From Anaerolineae bacterium (GTDB lineage Bacteria > Chloroflexota > Anaerolineae > Anaerolineales > UBA4823), in the NCBI GenBank assembly GCA_041479245.1, contig JBGOXS010000015.1:7446-71445 (forward strand): a stretch of DNA of 64,000 nucleotides, written 5' to 3'. This document shows, piece by piece, positions 57,199 through 64,000 of this stretch. Every line of letters starts with the position of its first letter. Within the stretch, counting starts at the first letter, position 1. The notes under the pieces are model-generated. The model was not told the origin of the DNA and searched no databases. It worked only from the letters and a program-made list of their open reading frames with translations. The position numbers and the translations under genes were made by a program.

Positions 57199-58476
57199 GT
57201 GTTGGCGAGCATCAATCGGAATATAAAAGATTACGTTGGACACCTGGTAGCTTTCCGCCCCAATGCGCGCTTGTATCTGGTCTACGCCATCATATCCGGT
57301 GTTTCCATGGGAATCTACCGGCTGATTTTCAACTTTTATATCCTCAGTCTGGGTTTCGATGAAAAATTAGTTGGAAACCTGGTGACGATTACCGGTATAA
57401 CCGCATTAGTCTTCGCCTTACCGATGGGGTACCTGGCAGATACCATTGGGCGCAAGAGATCCTTGCTCATATCAGCCGTACTGGTCAGCTTCTCGATTGG
57501 TATGATGGTCATCTGGCCGGTGACATTCATCTTTTATGCCATGAATATTGTCTCGGGGGTTGCTCAGAGCCTGGCAGCAGTAACCATGAGCCCGTTCCTG
57601 ATGGAGAACAGCGGCGAGCACGAGCGCACGTATTTGTTCAGCTTCAGCTCCGGAATACAAATGGTAGCTGCGTCGGTCGGCAATTGGATTGGCGGCTATA
57701 TGCCCAGCTGGGTGGCAAACCTGCGCAATGTCGATCCGGTCAGCAGCCAGGCTTATGGCGTATCTATCCTGGTTGTAGCAATCGGTTTGGCGATCGGTAT
57801 CATCCCCCTGATTTTGATTAAACTACCCCGCCTGGCTCATTCAGATCGCACAGTTTTTGCTCCTCTTTCTTATGCAGCCAAAAACCCCAGCAAATTATCC
57901 AAGCTCGTCCTACCCATGTTGATCACATCTATCGGTGCAGGTCTGATCATGCCGTTCATGAATGTGTTTTTCAGAGTCCAATACCATCAGCCCGATCAGG
58001 TGATCGGCGGCTTGTTCGCTTGGGGCTCTTTGGCGATGGGTTTAGGGCTGCTGGCTGCACCTCCGCTGGCTGAGCGCTTCGGCAAAATCCAGGTTGTAGT
58101 GATTACGCAGGCATTATCGATCCCATTCCTGATCCTGTTGGGTTTCTCGCCAGTGTTTTGGGCGAGCGGGTTGGCGTATTACATCAGGGTTGCCCTGATG
58201 AACATGAGCAGCCCGGTATATCAAACTTTTGTCATGGAAGAAGTAGAGCCGTCTTCGAGGGCGATGGTTGCCAGCTTGGTCAGTATGGCATGGAACTTTG
58301 GATGGGTGATCAGTCCAACCGTCAGCGGGAGCCTGCAGGTGAAGTATGGATTTGGGCCGCCATTCCTGGGCACTATCTTTCTATATACAATCTCCGTATT
58401 CCTTTACTGGTACTTTTGGTGGCGTAAGGGTGACACGCGTGAGCCGGTATCACCTAAAACCGCAGTTGATGGATGA
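57199..58476 (+). CDS. MFS transporter
   Basis: 425 aa, about 12 TM, GYLADTIGRKR loop motif. GTG start 4 nt after the regulator stop. Confidence 0.85.
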   Translation: MLASINRNIKDYVGHLVAFRPNARLYLVYAIISGVSMGIYRLIFNFYILSLGFDEKLVGNLVTITGITALVFALPMGYLADTIGRKRSLLISAVLVSFSIGMMVIWPVTFIFYAMNIVSGVAQSLAAVTMSPFLMENSGEHERTYLFSFSSGIQMVAASVGNWIGGYMPSWVANLRNVDPVSSQAYGVSILVVAIGLAIGIIPLILIKLPRLAHSDRTVFAPLSYAAKNPSKLSKLVLPMLITSIGAGLIMPFMNVFFRVQYHQPDQVIGGLFAWGSLAMGLGLLAAPPLAERFGKIQVVVITQALSIPFLILLGFSPVFWASGLAYYIRVALMNMSSPVYQTFVMEEVEPSSRAMVASLVSMAWNFGWVISPTVSGSLQVKYGFGPPFLGTIFLYTISVFLYWYFWWRKGDTREPVSPKTAVDG

Positions 58477-58622
58477 AGTATTCATCATATGTATTTGTCT
58501 TGTTGCCTGCTGTCGACTGCTGGATTTCTCATCATGATAGTTTCTATCAGGTAACCTTTACAGCTGCCGTGCATCATAAATAAATACCTCAGTAATATTA
58601 AATAAAAAGGAGCATAAATCAC

Positions 58623-59036
58623 ATGGATATGATGGTTGACTTCCCAGGTGGTGACAGGGTGGATGCACATTTTGGACCTTTCACGGTGATGACCGATCAG
58701 ACCGGTCCGAACGGTGAGGCTGGTTCGGCGCCCACACCATTTTCTTTATTCCTGGCATCCATTGCCACCTGCGCCGGCATATACGTGCTCGGGTTTTGCC
58801 GGCAGCGCAACCTGCCCACCGAGGGTTTAAAGATCATCCAGCGTGCTCATCGCAATCCGACGAATGGGATGGTTGAGACTGTGGACCTGGAGATCCAGAC
58901 CCCGGCTGGTTTCCCTGAAAAATATTTGCCCTCCCTGATCCGCAGTGCTGAATTATGTGCGGTCAAGAAACACATCGAAACCCCTCCCGCGTTCAAGGTA
59001 TACACTCAGACGGTATCGCCCATTGAAGCTGTCTAA
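58623..59036 (+). CDS. OsmC-family protein
   Basis: 137 aa with the two conserved Cys contexts (SIATCAGIY and AELCAVKKH). Confidence 0.75.
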   Translation: MDMMVDFPGGDRVDAHFGPFTVMTDQTGPNGEAGSAPTPFSLFLASIATCAGIYVLGFCRQRNLPTEGLKIIQRAHRNPTNGMVETVDLEIQTPAGFPEKYLPSLIRSAELCAVKKHIETPPAFKVYTQTVSPIEAV

Positions 59037-59055
59037 ATTTATAGTCTTGTCATAA

Positions 59056-59094
59056 TAAAAACCCACCCGATTAATAAAAACGGGTGGGTTTTGT
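59056..59094. terminator. Bidirectional terminator between OsmC gene and tRNA-Leu
   Basis: Stem ACCCACCCG / CGGGTGGGT (59061-59069 / 59081-59089), flanked by AAAAA on the left and TTTTG on the right. Confidence 0.8.
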
Positions 59095-59101
59095 ATAGAA
59101 A

Positions 59102-59186
59102 TGGTGCCGAAGGAGGGAATCGAACCCTCATTCCTTGCGGAACACGATTTTGAGTCGTGCGCGTCTGCCTATTCCGCCACTTCGGC
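59102..59186 (-). tRNA. tRNA-Leu (anticodon CAA), CCA encoded
   Basis: The reverse complement begins GCCGAAGTGGCGGAAT.... Anticodon arm CACGA-CTCAAAA-TCGTG. A long variable arm is present. T-arm GAGGG-TTCGATT-CCCTC. The 3' end is CTTCGGCACCA. Confidence 0.9.
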
Positions 59187-59272
59187 TGTTTTCAACCCCC
59201 ATATATAGTACATAAAGTCGGGAAAAGATGGTTTTGCCCCCATATTTAGACGTTTAGTCAGGAGGCTAAACC

Positions 59273-60220
59273 ATGTACACAAACAATCAGGACAACTCAA
59301 CGCACACGATTATAGAAAATCTTGTCCGTTACAACCTACTTGAATGGGCAAATCAATTCTATCAATCGAAGAAAATAGAAGGGGTTTCAGGGTTTACTCT
59401 TACCTTCTATAAACAGCAACTAGGGCATTTCCTGAAATATTGTGAATCGCAACTTATCACCAGTCTTGAAGAAATCACACCAAACGTTATCCGTCAATTC
59501 TTGTTATGGCATCAGGAAACAGGGCATAACCCTGGCGGTCTGCATGCTGCGTTCCGCACCATAAGGGTTTTCTTGCTATGGTACGAGAGTGAAGCTGAAC
59601 CAGAAGGTTGGAAGAACCCTATCAATAAAGTAAAAGCACCCAAAATCCCTACCAAGTTTCTCGAACCAGTTGATTTGGAGGATATATCTATCATGTTAGC
59701 CACTTGTAAAACTGGCTCATTTCTGGATTATAGAGATAAAGCATTATTATTGTTTCTCTTAGACTCAGGAGCAAGAGCAAGAGAAATTATCCAAATCGAC
59801 ATTATGGATGTAGACCTGGTTAGTGGGGCTGTATTAATACTGCGCGGTAAAGGAGCAAAGCCACGCACTGTATTCTTAGGAAAATCAAGCCGAAAGGCTC
59901 TACGAGCATATCTAAAGCGTCGTGGAGACAGTAACCCTGCTTTATGGATAACAGGTGAAGGAGAGAGGTTGGAATATGGAGGCTTACGGGGCATCTTAAC
60001 CCGAAGGGCAAAACTGGCCGATATAATAGCCCCGTGCTTACATTCTTTCAGGAGAGCATTTGCTATTAATATGTTACGCGCAGGGGTGGATGTGTTCAGC
60101 CTTCAAAAGTTAATGGGTCATTCAGACCTACAAGTGTTGCGTAGGTATCTCGCTCAAACGACTGAGGACGTTGCCCAGGCACACAGGATTGGTAGCCCGG
60201 TGGATAGGAACAATATTTGA
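59273..60220 (+). CDS. Tyrosine recombinase / phage-type integrase
   Basis: Catalytic residues in context: DSGARAREI (Arg), GKGAKPR (Lys), HSFRRAF (His-x-x-Arg), GHSDLQVLRRY (His, Tyr). RBS AGGAGG. Confidence 0.9.
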   Translation: MYTNNQDNSTHTIIENLVRYNLLEWANQFYQSKKIEGVSGFTLTFYKQQLGHFLKYCESQLITSLEEITPNVIRQFLLWHQETGHNPGGLHAAFRTIRVFLLWYESEAEPEGWKNPINKVKAPKIPTKFLEPVDLEDISIMLATCKTGSFLDYRDKALLLFLLDSGARAREIIQIDIMDVDLVSGAVLILRGKGAKPRTVFLGKSSRKALRAYLKRRGDSNPALWITGEGERLEYGGLRGILTRRAKLADIIAPCLHSFRRAFAINMLRAGVDVFSLQKLMGHSDLQVLRRYLAQTTEDVAQAHRIGSPVDRNNI

Positions 60221-60488
60221 TAATAAATTCAGGGCAGTATTATATTATCTATACCCCTGTGTAAAAGATTTTCTCAAAACAACATGGTTTATATGGTACT
60301 AGCTACCTGCTCCACGGCGTGGAAGTGAAATTACGAACATGGTTAGCAGGTAATTCATTTTCTTAGTAATTGGTCAACATTAATAAGCAAAGGAGAATTG
60401 TAGTCAACTCAATTCAACGATATTTCAATTAAGCCTCTTGCCATAAATATACAAGGTGTTCAGTAATTATTGAAACTAAGATATTGTA

Positions 60489-61100
60489 TTATGGTATAGA
60501 CTTTTCTGAAATGCGAAGGTGTTTGGCTTCTGCGAGAGTTCGCCAACCTGCTATCAAATTCTCGTCAGCAGGTTGCCAAGCAAGCAGAAACATGAAAGTG
60601 CCTTGGTTACTATACACACCAAAGGCCTTTCCAATTGGCTGTTCGTACATATTGATATAAGTACCATCGAGTTGTTTTACCAGTAATTCACTTCCTTTCT
60701 TCCTATCCGTGATTTCTAATTCAATGGTCCCCAATTGATTAGAAATCTTTTGTAGTTCGACTAAGATTTCTGTAAATCTTTGTTCGAAGTTATTGTTTGA
60801 TGCCTCTTGTATATCTCCGATGTTATTAACAGTATTGCACAAATCATTTCCAAGCGTGTTTAATAATTTCTGTGTGGTTTTATTCTCTACAATTAAGTCT
60901 TCTAAAAGTTGAGTCTCGAAAATCGCACATAATGAGATAATGCCTAAGTTATCACAAATCCTCTCTTGCGTTGCGCGAGTTGAATCCTCAGTTATCTTGT
61001 TCCTTTCCTGTAGGACCATGGATAGATAATCTAAAAGCGAATTTTGATTATTTAGAACTGATATTAATAAAGTTTTAAATCTTGTTCTTTCTTCATCCAT
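60489..61100 (-). CDS. Hypothetical protein (helical N-terminal half, beta-rich C-terminal ~70 aa)
   Basis: 203-aa ORF in AT-rich DNA. I recognise no family. Confidence 0.55.
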   Translation of the reverse strand: MDEERTRFKTLLISVLNNQNSLLDYLSMVLQERNKITEDSTRATQERICDNLGIISLCAIFETQLLEDLIVENKTTQKLLNTLGNDLCNTVNNIGDIQEASNNNFEQRFTEILVELQKISNQLGTIELEITDRKKGSELLVKQLDGTYINMYEQPIGKAFGVYSNQGTFMFLLAWQPADENLIAGWRTLAEAKHLRISEKSIP

Positions 61101-61376
61101 TTTATTGAACTTGTAACCTTATTATTCTGCTATTTAGCCAAAATACAATTCTTTTATTAAGAAATCCTATCATGCTTAGGAGAATTGGCACCACCCAAGA
61201 TTGATTATTTCTTCCTATCTCATTATATAGGAACATTTATTAATTACAACTACATTCTTTGTAATTTTACTGTAGAAGTATTCGGCGTAAGGTAAACGCG
61301 ATTATATATGGCATTAGTTTGACCAAGAAGTGAGCATGGGGGTATCAACAATTAAATATTTCTTTTCTCCTTTATC

Positions 61377-61503
61377 GGTGACCCCATAGGGCACCGTCTG
61401 GGTAGGGGAGAGCGGGATGCAGGCAGCCGTGCAGCTTGTTTCCCGTGTCATTTAGCACGGCCTATCCAAGAGCCCGCCTCTCATACGAGAGACGGGCTCT
61501 TTT
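61377..61503 (+). ncRNA. GC-rich structured leader RNA candidate ending in an intrinsic terminator
   Basis: This GC-rich patch sits in AT-rich DNA. Hairpin GGTGaCCC-CATA-GGGCACC (61377-61395). Helix CCGTGC/GCACGG (61427-32 / 61455-60). Terminator AGAGCCCGcCTCTC-ATAC-GAGAGaCGGGCTCT + TTT (61469-61503). An alternative pairing joins GAGAGCGGG (61408-16) with the terminator 5' arm. Confidence 0.4.
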
Positions 61504-61528
61504 GATTCTATGAATATTGGAGGTCAAT

Positions 61529-61834
61529 ATGTTCAAGGTTCGTGTTTTATCAAAGTGCCAGCACTGCAATGGCGAGGCATATTTACCCATCGAGGAGTGC
61601 GAAGATAGTCATGGTAAAACCTATATTCGCTATGCTCCTTGCCCGACCTGCGAAGGTAGTGGCAGCCAGCCCCAGTGGGTTGACCTTGAGGACTTCGCCA
61701 AGTTATTACATCAAGCAGATTGCGCGCATGAGCATACCTCTTACCAGGGCAATATGCGCTTCATCGCAGGTGATGTGTGGGATGACCTGCAAGAGGTCTG
61801 CGACGATTGCGGCGCTGACCTTGATAAACACTAA
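61529..61834 (+). CDS. Small zinc-finger protein with DnaJ-type CxxCxGxG motif
   Basis: GGAGG RBS. 101 aa with CQHCNGEA, CPTCEGSG and CDDCG motifs. Confidence 0.6.
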   Translation: MFKVRVLSKCQHCNGEAYLPIEECEDSHGKTYIRYAPCPTCEGSGSQPQWVDLEDFAKLLHQADCAHEHTSYQGNMRFIAGDVWDDLQEVCDDCGADLDKH

Positions 61835-61914
61835 ATCATCGCCCAAATCAATGGAGTGCCTCTCAAATGGCAGGGAGGCACTCAACTTTTATGTTCAGAA
61901 AGGATATATTTTTG

Positions 61915-62331
61915 ATGAACGCCAATAACAACAATCACAAAAATAGTACCAAAGTCAACGAGCTGAGTTTTGAAGAAGCACCCGCAAGCTGGAATACCAA
62001 ATATCTTTCCCCAGAAGGATTTGAATGTATGCTCACTTTACGCGCGGAAAATGGCTCAGATTTATTAGAGAGAGCTGCCAATGCTGTCGCCTATTTACTT
62101 GCCAATGCCTGCATACCTTCAGTCTATTACCACAATGGAGTACGTCCAGCAGATAACAAAACTAGTGAGCATAAGAAAAGCGAAGGAGCAAGTAATGGTA
62201 ATGGCAACTTCGAGAATGGTTCTTCACCCTCGTGGTGCCCCATCCATCAAGCGGAGATGAAAGCGTGGTCTAAAGAGGGCAAGGTCTGGTATAGCCACAA
62301 AGTCGATGGCAAATGGTGCCGCGGTAAATAA
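61915..62331 (+). CDS. Hypothetical protein with C-terminal CPxH...WC zinc-knuckle
   Basis: 138 aa from MNANNNNHK. The C-terminus reads SWCPIHQAEMKAWSKEGKVWYSHKVDGKWCRGK. The start is uncertain (ORF track gives 61867). Confidence 0.55.
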   Translation: MNANNNNHKNSTKVNELSFEEAPASWNTKYLSPEGFECMLTLRAENGSDLLERAANAVAYLLANACIPSVYYHNGVRPADNKTSEHKKSEGASNGNGNFENGSSPSWCPIHQAEMKAWSKEGKVWYSHKVDGKWCRGK

Positions 62332-62338
62332 GTGTGCC

Positions 62339-62542
62339 ATGACCAATAACCCTGCTCCAAAGGCCCGTGTGCTGAAAGTCAGTGAAACGGGTGACTTCTA
62401 CCACAAGCATACCTGGCCATATCTACGTCTGATGGGTATATGGTTGGCAAAGGCGGGTATCATTGCCAACCGTCGCGTCCGGGTAGAAAATCCAGAACCA
62501 GGTTTGCTCATCATCTGCTTGGTAGATGAGCAAAGCGATTAG
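62339..62542 (+). CDS. SymE-like / AbrB-fold small protein (67 aa)
   Basis: PYLRLMGIWLAKAGIIANRRVRVENPEPGLLIICLV fits the SymE-family pattern (P-x-L-x-L-x-G-x-WL-x-x-AG...V-x-V...L-x-I). The ATG lies 8 nt after the upstream stop. Confidence 0.5.
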   Translation: MTNNPAPKARVLKVSETGDFYHKHTWPYLRLMGIWLAKAGIIANRRVRVENPEPGLLIICLVDEQSD

Positions 62543-62555
62543 TTCGCTATTCCAA

Positions 62556-62597
62556 CCACCCCCATAGCCTGGATTTCTATGGGGGTGGATTATTTCT
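62556..62597 (+). terminator. Hairpin terminator after the SymE-like gene
   Basis: 11-bp stem CCACCCCCATA / TATGGGGGTGG followed by a weak T-tract ATTATTTCT. Confidence 0.5.
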
Positions 62598-62613
62598 ATA
62601 AAGGAGGTATGTA

Positions 62614-62814
62614 ATGGGCGCGGTCAAGTCGTTTGCCATGTGGCTAGCAGAACGGGTATATTTAAGTCGATGGTCTGATGAGGAAATCATAACCAATGTC
62701 AAGAGCCAATATCCAGATTTTCAACGAGCCAGAATATTGGATTGGCTTCGTATTCAGATACAGACAGTCAGGGAAAATCCTGACTTATATCAAGTAATAA
62801 TTATGCAGAAATAG
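62614..62814 (+). CDS. Hypothetical small protein (66 aa)
   Basis: AAAGGAGG RBS. No recognisable family. Confidence 0.5.
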   Translation: MGAVKSFAMWLAERVYLSRWSDEEIITNVKSQYPDFQRARILDWLRIQIQTVRENPDLYQVIIMQK

Positions 62815-63060
62815 GAGAAAATCTCATAAATTAATTGATGTAGGCGAACTATCATTAGGTTTATAAATATCGAAGCACACACTGCGTGACAAATTGGGGG
62901 GAGTTATATCCTTTCCCCCCTTAGTCACCTTCAAGATTCAGACATATAATAATAACCATACACTTTCCATACATGGTAATAATAACCAACTAAAGAAGTA
63001 GCTGGAGATAATTATGCAGCAAAACTTTATCCAGCTCCCAATTTAGATAGAGGATATATT

Positions 63061-63483
63061 ATGAACGTTCCTGATTTATTGAAGAATCTTAGCTTGGATA
63101 AATGGTATAAGGTTGTTATATATCTCGGGGTGATATTACTAATTATTTCACTTGTTGTAGAAATAAAAGTCATAAATAATAAGCAATTACTTTTCCTATC
63201 CCTTGGTTTTCTCTTTGGAGGCGTTGGAGAATGGATAAATCATAGAAAAGATACCGTTATCAAACCTCCTAACGCATATACTGGTCCGACAATGTTGATT
63301 GAATTTGAAGTATGGAAACCTAAATTGATTGGTGTAATTTTCGATATTATTGGAATAGGCCTATTAGCTTTTAGTTTGTATTGGATTTTAAATCCAACCA
63401 TACAGAGTTTCCTGGGAATACCAGTGCCATCTCTCATATCGACGTTAGCAACACCCATATCTACTCCTTCTCCTATACCCTAA
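63061..63483 (+). CDS. Hypothetical membrane protein (3 TM) with Pro/Ser/Thr tail
   Basis: 140 aa. It ends 15 nt before the Mod-like gene. Confidence 0.55.
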   Translation: MNVPDLLKNLSLDKWYKVVIYLGVILLIISLVVEIKVINNKQLLFLSLGFLFGGVGEWINHRKDTVIKPPNAYTGPTMLIEFEVWKPKLIGVIFDIIGIGLLAFSLYWILNPTIQSFLGIPVPSLISTLATPISTPSPIP

Positions 63484-63498
63484 TATAAGGTCTACATT

Positions 63499-64000
63499 AT
63501 GCCAACTTTGAACTGGATTGGAAAATCCGCTGTAGTTGAACACCATAAGGAAGTACCCTTCCACCTTTTGCGTAGTAACTCAGAACTATCATTAGGTGAC
63601 TCGGGCAACGGGAACATGCTCATCCAAGGCGATAATCTTATCGCTTTGAAAGCTCTTCTTCCCTATTATGCTGGTCAAGTCAAATGTATTTATATAGACC
63701 CGCCGTACAATACGGGTAATGAAAATTGGGTTTACAACGATGCTGTCAACAGCCCTGAGATGCGAGATTGGTTAGGTAAAGTAGTTGGGGGTGAAGCGGA
63801 GGATTTATCAAGGCATGATAAATGGTTATGTATGATGTATCCACGCCTAGTGCTATTAAGAGAAATGTTGAGAGAAGATGGTGCAATATTTATAAGCATT
63901 GACGATACCGAAATGAGTAATCTGCATTTAATTATGGATGAGGTATTTGGAGGTAATAATTTTGTTGAATGTATTACCTGGAATAAACGTATACCTAAAA
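63499..64000 (+). CDS. Type III restriction-modification Mod-like N6-adenine DNA methyltransferase, N-terminal part (runs off window)
   Basis: MPTLNWIGK...LIQGDNLIALKALLPYYAGQVKCIYIDPPYNTGNE (motif IV DPPY)...DGAIFISIDD. Confidence 0.8.
   Translation, partial: MPTLNWIGKSAVVEHHKEVPFHLLRSNSELSLGDSGNGNMLIQGDNLIALKALLPYYAGQVKCIYIDPPYNTGNENWVYNDAVNSPEMRDWLGKVVGGEAEDLSRHDKWLCMMYPRLVLLREMLREDGAIFISIDDTEMSNLHLIMDEVFGGNNFVECITWNKRIPK

Larger units (their letters stand above)
59190..64000. mobile_element. Integrase-bearing AT-rich genomic island (right end beyond window)
   Basis: Composition drops right after tRNA-Leu. The island holds a tyrosine integrase, orphan small genes, a SymE-like gene and a Type III-like Mod gene. 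Confidence 0.7.

Noticed and set aside
62846-63597. An exact 15-nt repeat GAACTATCATTAGGT. One copy is at 62846-62860 (intergenic) and the other at 63583-63597 (inside the Mod-like gene).
   Set aside because: It could hint at a recombination or phase-variation site or a Mod 5' remnant. However, a single 15-mer match in AT-rich DNA with no flanking similarity is within chance expectation. It is not reported as a feature.

Overview
This is a 64-kb chromosomal window from a moderately GC-rich bacterium. The gene content suggests an anaerobic, non-proteobacterial lineage, possibly Chloroflexota; that is inference only. I support about 65 protein genes, 2 tRNAs (Glu-CUC, Leu-CAA), several intrinsic terminators and a few promoter or operator candidates. 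There are no rRNA genes and no CRISPR array. All coordinates off the ORF track were counted by hand. All compositional statements (AT-rich, GC-rich) are judged by eye, not computed.

Layout, left to right:
- 1-3 kb: recA 3' end, a thioredoxin-VKOR fusion, an MFS transporter and tRNA-Glu.
- 3-10.5 kb: an anaerobic radical-enzyme locus. A glycyl-radical enzyme (GRE), its activase and a PNPOx-like protein sit back-to-back with a Tat-exported sulfatase and its anSME maturase.
- 10.7-17.6 kb: an ABC-2 exporter, a Cys-rich unknown protein plus a formate/nitrite-family channel, and an OmpR/HK two-component pair.
- 18-37 kb: a housekeeping/accessory mix. It includes PHP hydrolase, patatin, AAC(3)-like protein, two enoyl-CoA hydratases, SDR, M23 peptidase, an SPPY methyltransferase, gmk, tmk and pdxST.
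- 37.9-40.8 kb: a visibly AT-richer island holding a decayed phage MuF gene. It appears to have truncated an SPFH gene.
- 40.8-55.2 kb: an orphan GAF histidine kinase operon, rdgB, yceD-rpoD, metG, a truncated ABC gene, a saccharopine-dehydrogenase-like gene, mutS2 and an MFS transporter.
- 55.25-56.1 kb: an AT-rich gap with three perfect tandem DnaA boxes (oriC-like).
- 56-59 kb: an ArsR-type regulator, an MFS transporter and OsmC.
- 59.1 kb to the window end: tRNA-Leu followed by a second AT-rich island. It carries a tyrosine integrase, several orphan small genes behind a GC-rich structured leader, a SymE-like protein, a membrane protein and the start of a Type III-like Mod methyltransferase.

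The most interesting items are:
- the GRE/sulfatase locus;
- a Met-codon-rich leader peptide with terminator/antiterminator upstream of metG;
- the DnaA-box cluster;
- the cargo of the integrase island.
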